Assembly: GCA_963731805.1 (NCBI GenBank)
Contig: CAVSWY010000020.1
Span: 709,318 to 773,317 of the forward strand
Direction: 5' to 3'
Source: an uncultured Alphaproteobacteria bacterium
Lineage (GTDB): Bacteria; Pseudomonadota; Alphaproteobacteria; Rhizobiales; Xanthobacteraceae
Length of the DNA: 64,000 nucleotides
Position 1 is the first letter of the stretch, and the number at the start of each line of letters is the position of its first letter. The notes under the pieces were generated by a model that saw only the letters and a list, made by a program, of their open reading frames with translations, made no database searches and was not told where the DNA came from. Below are positions 35,388 to 45,011 of the stretch, piece after piece. The position numbers and the translations under genes were made by a program.

Positions 35388-36296
35388 ATGTTCGAGAATT
35401 TCACCCACACGGAAATCAAAACCAGCGGCGCGCGCATCGTCACGGTGCATGGCGGCAAAGGGCCGCCGCTGTTGCTGCTGCACGGCAATCCGTTCAGTCA
35501 TCTGTCGTGGCACAAATTCGCGCCGCGCCTGGCCGAGGAATTCACCGTTGTCGCCACCGATCTGCGCGGTTACGGCGATTCGGAAAAGCCGCCCGGTGGC
35601 GAGGATCATTCCAACTATTCGTTCCGCGCCATGGCACAGGACCAGATCGAGGTGATGGCCGCGTTCGGCCATGAACGCTTCTACGCCGCCGGCCACGATC
35701 GCGGCGCCCGTGTGCTGCACCGCATGTGCCTCGATCATCCAGACAAGGTCGTCCGCGCGGCTATCCTCGACATCGTTCCGCAGCATCATCTGTTCAATAA
35801 TATGACCAAGGCCTGGGCGACGTTCTCATGGCATTGGTTCTTCATGATCCAGCCGTATGATTTTCCCGAGCATCTGATGAGCGCCGATCCGGATTTTTTC
35901 ATCGAGAAGAAGCTCGCCAAGACGGCACAAGGCTTGAGCTTCTTCGATCCGCGGGCGCTTGCCGAATACAAGCGCTATATGCGCAATCCGGCGACCGTCC
36001 ACGCTATGTGCGAGGACTACCGCGCCACCGCCACCATCGACTTCGCTATGGATACCAAGGACTTCGAGGCCGGCCGAAAGATCACCTGTCCTGTGCTGCT
36101 GTTGTGGGGCGCGACCGGCGGCGTCGGCCGCAATCACAAACCGGGTCCGGGCGAAATCTGGCAGCGCTACGCGACCGACATCCGCGGCACCAAGGCGCTG
36201 CCGTGCGGCCATTACCTCTCGGAGGAGGCGCCGGAGGAAACCTACAGGGAACTGAAGGAGTTCTTTACCTCGGGGGAGCCGGCGAAACGCGAATAG
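35388..36296 (+). CDS. haloacetate (fluoroacetate) dehalogenase-like alpha/beta hydrolase
   Basis: LLLLHGNPFSH, nucleophile GHDRGARV, FSWHWFF and MCEDYRA closely follow the fluoroacetate dehalogenase/epoxide hydrolase subfamily. Confidence 0.8.
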   Translation: MFENFTHTEIKTSGARIVTVHGGKGPPLLLLHGNPFSHLSWHKFAPRLAEEFTVVATDLRGYGDSEKPPGGEDHSNYSFRAMAQDQIEVMAAFGHERFYAAGHDRGARVLHRMCLDHPDKVVRAAILDIVPQHHLFNNMTKAWATFSWHWFFMIQPYDFPEHLMSADPDFFIEKKLAKTAQGLSFFDPRALAEYKRYMRNPATVHAMCEDYRATATIDFAMDTKDFEAGRKITCPVLLLWGATGGVGRNHKPGPGEIWQRYATDIRGTKALPCGHYLSEEAPEETYRELKEFFTSGEPAKRE

Positions 36297-36428
36297 CCGT
36301 TATCCGCGGGGGTCCTGCGGGGTGGGACTCTTCGGCACTCGCGCCGATTTGGGACATCTGCTAGTGGGGGCCGGTTCGCGTGGTTGGGCTGGCGGATTCG
36401 CGGGCTGTTGGGCGAAACGGGATTCGCT

Positions 36429-37457
36429 ATGGATGCGCAAACAACCGGTCCGGAACGCGGCATGATCACGCGATTGCGCGCCGGCATGCGCTTCCTCGAA
36501 CGCAAGATTGGTTGGAGCCGGATCGGCTTTGCGCTCAGCCTGACCATCATCGTGGTCGCGATCGTGGTGCTCTATCACATCCTGCGCGACCTCGATGCCG
36601 ACGAGCTTCTGCGCGCGCTGAAAGCAACCGATTGGCGGACGCTTATTATCGCCGGCCTGTTCGTCGCCGCCGGCTATGCGACCTTGACGTTTTACGATCT
36701 GTTCGCGCTGCGCACGATCGGGCGCAACGAGATACCGTATCGCATCGCTGCGATCGCCGGCTTCACCAGCTATGCGATCGGACACAATGTCGGCGCCAGC
36801 GTGTTTTCCGGCGGTGCGGTGCGCTATCGCATCTACTCCGGCTGCGGCCTTTCCGTCATCGAGGTCACCAAAATCTGCTTCGTCGCCGGGCTGACCTTCT
36901 GGCTCGGCAACGCCACGGTGCTTGGCTTGGGCATTCTCGATGCGCCACAGGCCGCTCGCGCGCTCGATCAGCTGCCGCTATCGGCCAACCGCGTCATAGC
37001 GCTGGTCATTCTCGCGCTGTTGGCCGCTTATGTTGCCTGGGTCTGGGTCAAGCCGCGGGTCATCGGACGCGAGGGTTGGGAGGTGCAACTGCCCGGCGGG
37101 CCGCTGACGCTCGTCCAGATCGCCATCGGCATCGTCGATCTCGCCTGCTGCGCGGCCGCCATGTACATGCTGGTGCCGGACGATCCTCACGTCGGCTTCG
37201 TGACAGTGGCCGTGATTTTCGTCGCTGCGACGCTGCTTGGCTTTGCCAGCCACGCGCCCGGCGGTCTCGGCGTATTCGACGCCGCCATGCTGGTGGCGCT
37301 GTGGCAATTCGATAAGGGCGATCTGCTGGCCGGCCTGCTGCTGTTCCGGCTGTTGTATTACATCATTCCGTTCGTGCTCGCGCTCGGCCTGCTGGCGGCC
37401 AGGGAAGCTGTGCTCAGCCGCGCTGCGAGGCGCCTAGGCCATCATCGCCGCGGCTGA
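36429..37457 (+). CDS. YbhN/UPF0104 (lysylphosphatidylglycerol synthase TM-region-like) membrane protein
   Basis: Polytopic membrane protein. The N-terminus WSRIGFALSLTIIVVAIVVLYHILRDLD and the overall pattern resemble the flippase-like domain family. Confidence 0.65.
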   Translation: MDAQTTGPERGMITRLRAGMRFLERKIGWSRIGFALSLTIIVVAIVVLYHILRDLDADELLRALKATDWRTLIIAGLFVAAGYATLTFYDLFALRTIGRNEIPYRIAAIAGFTSYAIGHNVGASVFSGGAVRYRIYSGCGLSVIEVTKICFVAGLTFWLGNATVLGLGILDAPQAARALDQLPLSANRVIALVILALLAAYVAWVWVKPRVIGREGWEVQLPGGPLTLVQIAIGIVDLACCAAAMYMLVPDDPHVGFVTVAVIFVAATLLGFASHAPGGLGVFDAAMLVALWQFDKGDLLAGLLLFRLLYYIIPFVLALGLLAAREAVLSRAARRLGHHRRG

Positions 37458-37516
37458 TGGCCAAAATGGAGTGAGCCTGGCGCAGGTCAGGCCAAATCGG
37501 CAGTCGGGCGAGGGAT

Positions 37517-37547
37517 AAAAAAAGAGGCCGGATTTTCATCCGGCCTC
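37517..37547 (-). terminator. rho-independent terminator downstream of pstS
   Basis: On the minus strand the stem GAGGCCGGA-tgaaaa-TCCGGCCTC is followed by TTTTTTT. It lies 26 nt after the pstS stop. Confidence 0.75.
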
Positions 37548-37572
37548 GACGCAAACTTCAGAGACGTAGTCC

Positions 37573-38605
37573 TTACTTCTCCGCGGTTTTCCAGGCGCCC
37601 GGGATTTCCTTGGCCCAATGCGCCTCGATCTGCTTGACCACGTCGTCAGGCAGCGGGACGTAATCCAGCGCTTTGGCCTGGTCCTGGCCCTTCTTGAGGG
37701 CCCAGTCGAGGAACTTGAGCGCCATATGATTTTGATCCGGCGCGCTGTCCTTGCGCAGCAGCATGTAGGTCGCGGCCGTAATCGGCCAGCTCTTGTCGCC
37801 GGGTTGGTCGGTGAGGATCAGATAGAAATCCTTCACTTTGGTGAAGTCGGCATTCGCCGCCGCGGCCTGGAATGCTTCCATGGTCGGCGACAAACGCTTG
37901 CCGGACTTGTTGACCATGTCGGTGTAGACCAGCTTGTTCTCCATGACGTAGGCGTATTCGACATAGCCGATGGCGCCGTCGACTTGCTGAACGTAGGAAG
38001 CGACGCCGGGATCGCCTTTGCCGCCGACGCCGTTCGGCCAGTTGACCGCGGTGCCTTCGCCGACTTGGCTCTTCCACTCCGGGCTGACCTTCGACAGATA
38101 GTCGGTGAAGTTGAAGGTGGTGCCGGAACCGTCGGATCGATGGACCGTTGTGATCGCCTGATGCGGCAGCGTGACGTTCGGATTGAGCTTTTTGATCGCC
38201 GGGTCGTCCCATTCCTTGATCTTGCCGAGATAGACGTCAGCCAGGGTCGGACCATCGAATACGAGCTCGCCGGGCTTGATGCCCGCGAGGTGCACGACCG
38301 GCGTGATCGAGATGATCACTTGCGGGAACTGCACTAGATTGTTCTTGGCAACGTCGTCCGGCACCAGCGGCATGTCGGTATTGGCGAACAGAACCGTGCC
38401 CGATACGATCTGCTTGATGCCGCCGCCGGAGCCGATGGCGTGGTAATTGATGGTGTCGCCGGTCTCCTTGGCATTAGGTGTCGGCCCACTTGGACGGGAC
38501 CGGGTAAATGGCCGTTCCGCCGGCGCCCGTTAGGCTGGCGGCACGTGCGCTCATGGTGAGCGAAACGGTTGCAGCCACCATGGCTGCAACGAAGTGCGTT
38601 CGCAT
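37573..38605 (-). pseudogene. pstS: phosphate ABC transporter substrate-binding protein PstS, +1 frameshift
   Basis: AGGAGG lies upstream of the ATG at 38605. The signal peptide plus SLTGAGGTAIYPVPSKWADT run into TAA (38476..38474). The PstS sequence continues as (P)NAKETGDTINYHAIGSGGGIKQI... in the next frame. Deleting one A restores ADT-Y-AKETG. Confidence 0.8.
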
Positions 38606-38927
38606 GCAGTACCTCCTGCTATAGTGGGGTCTTGTGGGCTCGATCGCCGGCCCATGACCCGCTGCGCGCATCAGCAGGATTATTTCAATTTGGTGACGGT
38701 CGCGGCGGCAGTTCTCCGGCTGGCTAACCGAAACGAGGACTTCGGCAAGAATTATTAAATGGAATCAAAGCCTTCTGGGCTCAGACGGCACGGCCAAAAA
38801 GTTTTTTCAGACACGCTGGAGCCATGACAGAGTCGGCAGGACGATGATTATCCGCTTACCCGCGTGAAGCTTGCTCCGCTGCGCCGTCCGCCGTATCGCT
38901 CAATGACGCCGCATATGAGCTTGCCCG

Positions 38928-40214
38928 ATGAGCCTGAATGAGGATCGAGGATTGCTTGCAACGAGACCGCACCGCGGGGTGCTGCTCGTCATTGCGGCGA
39001 CGGCGATTGTGTTTGCAGGATTGGCTGCAGCGGGCACGCTCGCCGCGGCCTATGCGATTGCCGGTTTTGCGATCGTCGCTGCGGCGGCTCTGGTGTCGAT
39101 GCGTGCGGTTGAGAAGAACGAGGGACTGGCGCGCCCCGTCGCTATTTTTGAGCGCGGCGACAACGACCTCCTGCGAGCCTTGGTCGCCGGCCTGCCAGAT
39201 CCGGTCGTCGCTCTCGACCGCGACGGTCGGGTGCTGGCGCTCAACGAGCGCGCCCGCGCGCTGGCGCCGGCGTTGCGGCAAGGCGAACCGGTCGCGTTCG
39301 CGCTGCGAATGCCTGAATTGATCGAGGCCATCAGCCGCGCGGCGACGGAGGGCGAAGAGCAGCGCGTTGTCTATTCCGAGCGCGTGCCGATCGACCGTTG
39401 GTTCGAAACCGTCGTGATGCCGGTCAAACGCGCGCCGGACGCAACGCAGTCCGATTTTGTGTTGATCACCTTTCACGACCTCACGCCGCTGCGCCGGGTT
39501 GAGGAGATGCGCGCCGACTTCGTCGCCAATGCCAGCCACGAATTGCGCACGCCGCTTGCCGCGCTGCTCGGGTTCATCGAGACGCTGCAAGGCTCGGCGC
39601 GCGACGACGCCAAGGCGCGACAGCGCTTTCTCGCCATCATGCAGGAGCAGGCGCGCCGCATGGCGCGCTTGATCGACGATCTGTTGTCGCTGTCGCGCAT
39701 CGAGCTCAACGCGCATCGCCGGCCCGATACGCCGGTTGATCTGGTTCCGATTGTCCGTCAGGTCGTCGACGGTCTCGAAACGCTCGCGCGCGACCGCGGC
39801 GTGACCGTTCACATTGACGGGGCGAATGCGCTGTCGGTTCTGGGCGATCATGATGAACTGGTCCGCATCTTCGAGAATCTGATCGAGAACGCGCTCAAAT
39901 ACGGCGCCGCCGGCCGACGGGTCGACATCAAGATCGTGTCCGGATCATCCGCCGATGGCGTGCCGGAAGCGCAAGTGAGCGTGCGCGATTATGGCCCGGG
40001 CATCGCTCCCGAACATCTGCCGCGGCTCACCGAGCGTTTCTATCGCGTGGACGTCACCGAGAGCCGGGCTCAGGGCGGCACCGGACTCGGCCTTGCGCTC
40101 GTTAAACACATCCTCAATCGTCACCGCGGCCGGCTGACCATCGATAGCGCCCCGGGCGAAGGCGCTACTTTCACCATCCATCTGCCCACCGCGGCGCCGG
40201 CGCATTCGAGATAA
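38928..40214 (+). CDS. phoR: phosphate regulon sensor histidine kinase PhoR
   Basis: Two N-terminal TM segments, a PAS-like region, the H-box FVANASHELRTPL, and the N/G boxes (ENALKY, GGTGLGLALVKH). Confidence 0.9.
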   Translation: MSLNEDRGLLATRPHRGVLLVIAATAIVFAGLAAAGTLAAAYAIAGFAIVAAAALVSMRAVEKNEGLARPVAIFERGDNDLLRALVAGLPDPVVALDRDGRVLALNERARALAPALRQGEPVAFALRMPELIEAISRAATEGEEQRVVYSERVPIDRWFETVVMPVKRAPDATQSDFVLITFHDLTPLRRVEEMRADFVANASHELRTPLAALLGFIETLQGSARDDAKARQRFLAIMQEQARRMARLIDDLLSLSRIELNAHRRPDTPVDLVPIVRQVVDGLETLARDRGVTVHIDGANALSVLGDHDELVRIFENLIENALKYGAAGRRVDIKIVSGSSADGVPEAQVSVRDYGPGIAPEHLPRLTERFYRVDVTESRAQGGTGLGLALVKHILNRHRGRLTIDSAPGEGATFTIHLPTAAPAHSR

Positions 40215-40239
40215 TATCTTTGTTATTCAAGGCCTTGCA

Positions 40240-40257
40240 CTGTCATCTAATTGTCAT
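40240..40257 (+). promoter_or_regulatory. Pho box (CTGTCAT-CTAA-TTGTCAT) upstream of pstC
   Basis: Two 7-bp direct repeats with a 4-bp spacer match the PhoB-binding consensus CTGTCAT-N4-CTGTCAT. A -10-like TAGAAC lies 10 nt downstream. Confidence 0.6.
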
Positions 40258-40433
40258 GCGCCGCTCATAGAACATTGATGTGCCAAACCTAAGCCATCCG
40301 CGCTGCGCCGAGTGCCCTTATCTCAAAGGTCGGCGGTCCGAGTGTCGTGCATCGGCTGATCGATCATCTGACCGGCCGCATCAGCTCCTTCTTACAGGAG
40401 TGCGGTCGGTGTTCCCCCAAGCGGAGGCGTTCC

Positions 40434-41798
40434 GTGGTTGACGTTGCATTACCGCAGGGATCGGCCATTTCGTCCGCGGGCGCGGTACGCGCCAAGGCGC
40501 TCGATCGGCTGCGTATCGGCGATGTCATTTTCCGCCATCTCACCCGTTCTGCGGCCTTCGGCGTGCTGCTGCTGCTCAGTGGCGTCATCATCTCGCTCCT
40601 TTGGGGCTCGCTGCCGGCTTTTAGAAAGTTTGGCTTCGGCTTCATCGTCAGCGAGCAGTGGAACCCGGTCACTGACGATTTCGGCGGGTTGGCGGCGATC
40701 TACGGCACGATTGTCACCTCGTTCATCGCGATGCTGATTGCGGTCCCGGTTGGCTTGTTGATTGCCTTTTTTCTCACCGAATTGTGCCCGCCATGGCTGC
40801 GCCGACCGATTGGCATCGCCATCGAGCTGCTCGCCGGCATCCCAAGCATCATCTACGGCATCTGGGGGCTTTTCATTTTCGCCCCGATCCTCCAAGCGAC
40901 GCTGCAGCCGTTCCTGATCGACACGCTCGGCGACGTGCCCGGGATCGGCTTACTATTCGCCGGTCCGCCCTTCGGCATCGGCATGCTCACCGGCGGACTC
41001 ATCCTCGCCATCATGGTGCTGCCTTTCGTCGCGTCGATCTCCCGCGACGTATTCGAGGCGGTGCCGGTCGTGCTCAAAGAGGCGGCCTATGGCGTCGGCT
41101 GCACGACCATCGCGGTGCCGGTCGGCTTGATGATCGCGTTCTTCCTGACCGAGCTGTGCCCGCCAATTCTGCGCCGACCCATCGGTATCGCCATCGAGCT
41201 GCTGGCCGGGATTCCGAGCATCATTTATGGTATCTGGGGCTTGTTCGTATTCGCCCCGTTCCTCCAGCAAACGCTACAGCCGTTTCTGATCGACACGCTC
41301 GGCGACGTGCCGGGCATCGGATTGCTGTTCGCTGGGCCGCCCTATGGCATTGGCGTGCTCACTTCGGGCTTGATCCTCGCGATCATGGTGCTGCCGTTTG
41401 TCACCGCGATCACGCGCGACGTCTTCGAAGCGGTGCCGGGCGTGCTCAAGGAGGCCGCCTATGGTGTCGGCTGCACGACTTGGGAAGTGGTGCGCAACGT
41501 CGTGCTGCCCTTTGCCAGAGTAGGCGTTATCGGTGGGATCATGCTCGCGTTGGGTCGGGCGCTAGGCGAGACCATGGCGGTCACCTTCGTCATCGGCAAC
41601 GCGCATCGCATCGCAGCATCGGTGATTGCGCCCGGCACCACCATCTCCGCCACCATCGCCAATGAGTTCACCGAGGCGGTCGGCGACCTCTACACCTCCG
41701 CTCTGATCGAGCTCGGCTTGATCCTGTTCGTCATCACCTTCATCGTACTCGCCATCGCGCGTTACTTGCTGATGCGCATCGAGCGCCGGATCGGATAA
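40434..41798 (+). CDS. pstC: phosphate ABC transporter permease PstC carrying an internal tandem duplication
   Basis: PstC-like throughout, including the EAA-loop region [21 protein letters not shown]. The GTG at 40434 has GGAGG 6 nt upstream; the track ORF begins at 40347. A 124-aa block occurs twice in tandem. Confidence 0.85.
   Translation: MVDVALPQGSAISSAGAVRAKALDRLRIGDVIFRHLTRSAAFGVLLLLSGVIISLLWGSLPAFRKFGFGFIVSEQWNPVTDDFGGLAAIYGTIVTSFIAMLIAVPVGLLIAFFLTELCPPWLRRPIGIAIELLAGIPSIIYGIWGLFIFAPILQATLQPFLIDTLGDVPGIGLLFAGPPFGIGMLTGGLILAIMVLPFVASISRDVFEAVPVVLKEAAYGVGCTTIAVPVGLMIAFFLTELCPPILRRPIGIAIELLAGIPSIIYGIWGLFVFAPFLQQTLQPFLIDTLGDVPGIGLLFAGPPYGIGVLTSGLILAIMVLPFVTAITRDVFEAVPGVLKEAAYGVGCTTWEVVRNVVLPFARVGVIGGIMLALGRALGETMAVTFVIGNAHRIAASVIAPGTTISATIANEFTEAVGDLYTSALIELGLILFVITFIVLAIARYLLMRIERRIG
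40737..41480 (+). repeat. in-frame tandem duplication, 2 x 372 bp, within pstC
   Basis: Copy 1 is 40737..41108 and copy 2 is 41109..41480. By my manual codon-by-codon count there are about 69 differences in 372 nt and 12 in 124 aa. Confidence 0.9.
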
Positions 41799-41802
41799 CG
41801 CC

Positions 41803-42645
41803 ATGGACGTTCGTTACGCCGTTCGTCGACACCGCAACACCGCAGCGACGGCGATGGCAATGGCCGCTACGGCGCTCGGCCTGGGCTGGCTGGCGCTCAT
41901 CCTCGGCTCGCTGCTGTGGCACGGCTTCAGCGGTTTGTCTGTCGCGGTGTTCACGCAAATGACGCCGCCGCCCGGCTCGGCCGGCGGGTTGCTCAACCCG
42001 ATCTTCGGCAGCCTCGTTCTTACGATCATCGCTGTGGTGATCGGCACGCCGATCGGCATCCTGGCCGGCACCTACCTGGCCGAATACGGCCGCTACGATA
42101 AGCTGAGCAGCGTGGTGCGCTTCATCAACGATATTCTGCTCAGCGCGCCATCCATCGTCGTCGGCCTGTTTATCTACGAAATCATGGTCGCGCCGATGGG
42201 GCATTTCTCCGGCTGGGCCGGCGGTGTTGCGCTCGCGGTGCTCGTCATCCCGGTGGTCGTGCGTACCACCGAAGACATGCTGACGCTGGTGCCGAATGCA
42301 TTGCGCGAGGCGGCGACCTCGATCGGCCTGCCGCGCTCGCTGGCGATTAGGCGCATCGGCTATCGCGCGGCGCGCGCCGGCATGGTGACGGGAGTGCTGC
42401 TGGCGGTCGCCCGGATCAGCGGCGAAACCGCGCCGCTGCTGTTCACCTCGCTCAACAACCAATTCTGGAGTACCGATCTCAACCAGCCGGTCTCCAGCCT
42501 GCCGGTTGTTATCTTCCAGTTCGCGCTAAGCCCCTATCACGACTGGCAGGCACTGGCCTGGACTGGCGCCCTTATCATCACGCTCGCGGTGCTTGCCCTG
42601 AGCATCAGCGCGCGCGCCCTCGTTCCATCGGGAAAACAGTCATGA
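41803..42645 (+). CDS. pstA: phosphate ABC transporter permease PstA
   Basis: 280 aa, six TM segments, and an EAA-like [19 protein letters not shown] loop. It follows pstC. Confidence 0.9.
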   Translation: MDVRYAVRRHRNTAATAMAMAATALGLGWLALILGSLLWHGFSGLSVAVFTQMTPPPGSAGGLLNPIFGSLVLTIIAVVIGTPIGILAGTYLAEYGRYDKLSSVVRFINDILLSAPSIVVGLFIYEIMVAPMGHFSGWAGGVALAVLVIPVVVRTTEDMLTLVPNALREAATSIGLPRSLAIRRIGYRAARAGMVTGVLLAVARISGETAPLLFTSLNNQFWSTDLNQPVSSLPVVIFQFALSPYHDWQALAWTGALIITLAVLALSISARALVPSGKQS

Positions 42646-43463
42646 GCATGAGCGTAGCCTCCGTTAGCGTTCCGCCCGTCAGCCACGCCCCGATCGACCG
42701 GACTGGTCTGGCGGAGAAGATCACCATCCACGATCTCAATTTCTTTTACGGCCAGACAAAGGCGCTGAATTCGATCAGCCTGCCGCTCTACCAGAATAAG
42801 GTCACCGCCTTCATCGGTCCGTCGGGCTGCGGCAAATCGACCTTATTGCGGGTGCTCAACCGGATGTACGACCTTTATCCGCGTCAACATGCCACCGGCG
42901 AAGTGTTGTTCGACGGCGTCAACATCCTTTCGCCGAAGCAGGACCTCAATCTGCTGCGCGCGCGCGTCGGGATGGTGTTTCAGAAGCCGACGCCGTTTCC
43001 GATGTCGATCTATGAGAACATCGCTTTCGGCATTAGGCTGTATGAGCGGTTGCCGAAATCCGAGCTCGACGGGCGCGTGGAGACCTCGCTGCGGCGTGCG
43101 GCCCTATGGGAAGAAGTGAAAGACAAGCTCAATGCTAACGGCCAGAGCCTGTCCGGCGGCCAGCAGCAGCGCCTGTGCATCGCCCGCACCGTCGCCGTGC
43201 GCCCCGAGGTGATCCTGTTCGATGAACCCTGCTCGGCGCTCGATCCGATTTCGACCGCCAAGATCGAGGAGCTGATCGACGAGCTGACGGACGATTATAC
43301 GATCGCGATCGTAACCCACAATATGCAACAGGCCGCGCGCGTGTCGGAATTCACCGCTTTCATGTATCTCGGCGAACTGATCGAATACGATTCGACCAGT
43401 AAAATGTTCACCGCGCCGCACGACCAGCGGACGCAGGACTATATCACCGGCCGCTTCGGCTGA
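42642..43463 (+). CDS. pstB: phosphate ABC transporter ATP-binding protein PstB
   Basis: Walker [10 protein letters not shown], signature LSGGQQQRL and Walker B ILFDEP. Its start overlaps the pstA stop. Confidence 0.95.
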   Translation: MSMSVASVSVPPVSHAPIDRTGLAEKITIHDLNFFYGQTKALNSISLPLYQNKVTAFIGPSGCGKSTLLRVLNRMYDLYPRQHATGEVLFDGVNILSPKQDLNLLRARVGMVFQKPTPFPMSIYENIAFGIRLYERLPKSELDGRVETSLRRAALWEEVKDKLNANGQSLSGGQQQRLCIARTVAVRPEVILFDEPCSALDPISTAKIEELIDELTDDYTIAIVTHNMQQAARVSEFTAFMYLGELIEYDSTSKMFTAPHDQRTQDYITGRFG

Positions 43464-43491
43464 CCGCCGACCAGGACGCAGGTAAAAGACA

Positions 43492-44226
43492 ATGACCGAA
43501 ATCACCACGACACGAGTCGATCACACCGCCAAGGCGTTCGACACCGACCTGCAGGAAATCACCCGCAAGGTCGCCGAAATGGGCGGTCTTGCCGAGCGGC
43601 AGATCGCCGATTCCGTGCAGGCGCTGGTCGACCGCGACGTCGAGCTCGGCGAGCGCGTCATCGCCATGGATCCAGCGATCGACACGCTGCAGCGCGAGGT
43701 CGAGGAGAAAGCCATCCTCACTATCGCCCGGCGACAGCCAATGGCGATCGACCTGCGGGAATGTGTGAGCGCCATGCGGGTGGCCAATGATCTGGAGCGG
43801 ATCGGCGACCATGCCAAGCATATCGGCAAGCGCGTCGTCGCGCTCGACGGCGACTTCTATCCGCAAAAACTGATCCGCGGCGTCGAGCATATGTCGGCGC
43901 TGGTCCTGGCACAGCTCAAGCAGGTGCTCGATTCCTATGCCAGCCGCGACTTGACGGCGGCGCTCGCGGTGTGGAACGGCGACGAAGAAGTCGATGCGAT
44001 GTGCACGTCGCTGTTCCGCGAGCTCCTCACTTATATGATGGAGGATCCGCGCAACATCACCTTCTGCATGCATCTGATGTTCTGCGCCAAGGATATCGAA
44101 CGCATCGGCGACCATGCCACCAATATCGCCGAAACCGTCTATTACATGATTGAAGGCCGTCCGATTACCGACCAGCGTCCAAAGGGTGACACCACGAGTT
44201 TCCCGGCAGGTTTGCTGCAGAAATAG
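43492..44226 (+). CDS. phoU: phosphate signaling complex protein PhoU
   Basis: Two PhoU repeats with the conserved E(R/D)IGD motifs (DLERIGDHAKHI, DIERIGDHATNI). Confidence 0.9.
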   Translation: MTEITTTRVDHTAKAFDTDLQEITRKVAEMGGLAERQIADSVQALVDRDVELGERVIAMDPAIDTLQREVEEKAILTIARRQPMAIDLRECVSAMRVANDLERIGDHAKHIGKRVVALDGDFYPQKLIRGVEHMSALVLAQLKQVLDSYASRDLTAALAVWNGDEEVDAMCTSLFRELLTYMMEDPRNITFCMHLMFCAKDIERIGDHATNIAETVYYMIEGRPITDQRPKGDTTSFPAGLLQK

Positions 44227-44236
44227 GAGCCCCTGA

Positions 44237-44992
44237 ATGGGTGCCAATATTCTGATCGTGGAAGACGAGGAGCCGCTAACTACCCTGCTGCGCTATAACC
44301 TCGAAGCCGAGGGCTATGAGGTGGATGCCGTCGCCCGGGGCGACGATGCCGACACCCGGCTCAAGGAAACCGCCCCCGATCTTGTCGTGCTCGACTGGAT
44401 GCTGCCCGGCCTCTCGGGCATCGAACTGTGCCGCCGCTTGCGGGCGCGGCCGCAGACGCAATCGCTGCCGATCATCATGCTGACCGCGCGCGGCGAGGAA
44501 AGCGAGCGCGTCCGCGGGCTCGCCACCGGCGCCGACGACTACATCGTCAAGCCGTTCTCAGTGCCGGAACTGCTGGCGCGGGTGCGTGCGCTCCTTCGTC
44601 GCGCCAGCCCCGAGCGGGTCGCCATGGTGCTCTCGATCGGCGACCTCGAGCTTGACCGCGAGAAAAAGCGGGTGTCGCGCGCGAACCGTCCGGTCGATCT
44701 CGGGCCGACGGAATTCCGCCTGCTCGAGTTTCTGATGGAGCGTCCAGGTCGGGTGTTCTCGCGCGAGCAATTGCTCGACGGCGTCTGGGGCAGCGACGTC
44801 TATATCGACGAGCGCACCGTCGACGTCCATGTCGGGCGCCTGCGCAAAGCGCTCAACCGCGGCCACGCCACCGATCCGATCCGTACCGTGCGCGGCGCCG
44901 GTTACTCGCTCGACGATCGCTTCGGTAAGGACGAACGCGTCGTCAAGGACGATCGCGTTGTCAAAGACGACCGCCTCGGCAAGGTCGGCTGA
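44237..44992 (+). CDS. phoB: phosphate regulon response regulator PhoB with repeat-containing C-terminal tail
   Basis: Receiver domain (ILIVEDE, DLVVLDWMLPG) plus an OmpR-type wHTH (TVDVHVGRLRKAL, RTVRGAGYSL). An extra charged tail of about 20 aa follows. Confidence 0.9.
   Translation: MGANILIVEDEEPLTTLLRYNLEAEGYEVDAVARGDDADTRLKETAPDLVVLDWMLPGLSGIELCRRLRARPQTQSLPIIMLTARGEESERVRGLATGADDYIVKPFSVPELLARVRALLRRASPERVAMVLSIGDLELDREKKRVSRANRPVDLGPTEFRLLEFLMERPGRVFSREQLLDGVWGSDVYIDERTVDVHVGRLRKALNRGHATDPIRTVRGAGYSLDDRFGKDERVVKDDRVVKDDRLGKVG
44912..44983 (+). repeat. 18-bp tandem repeat x 4 at the 3' end of phoB
   Basis: The units are GACGATCGCTTCGGTAAG, GACGAACGCGTCGTCAAG, GACGATCGCGTTGTCAAA and GACGACCGCCTCGGCAAG. 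They encode DDRFGK-DERVVK-DDRVVK-DDRLGK. Confidence 0.85.
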
Positions 44993-45011
44993 AAACAAAT
45001 CGCTGACGGTT

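Noticed and set aside
38682-38699. Possible Pho box upstream of pstS (minus strand CCGTCAC-CAAA-TTGAAAT)
   Set aside because: Only 5/7 and 4/7 matches to CTGTCAT, which is too weak to call. A lone CTGTCAT near 38825 has no second half-site.
40737-41480. pstC duplication as an assembly or collapse artefact
   Set aside because: The two copies differ at about 69 of 372 positions, mostly synonymous. An assembler duplication artefact would give identical copies.
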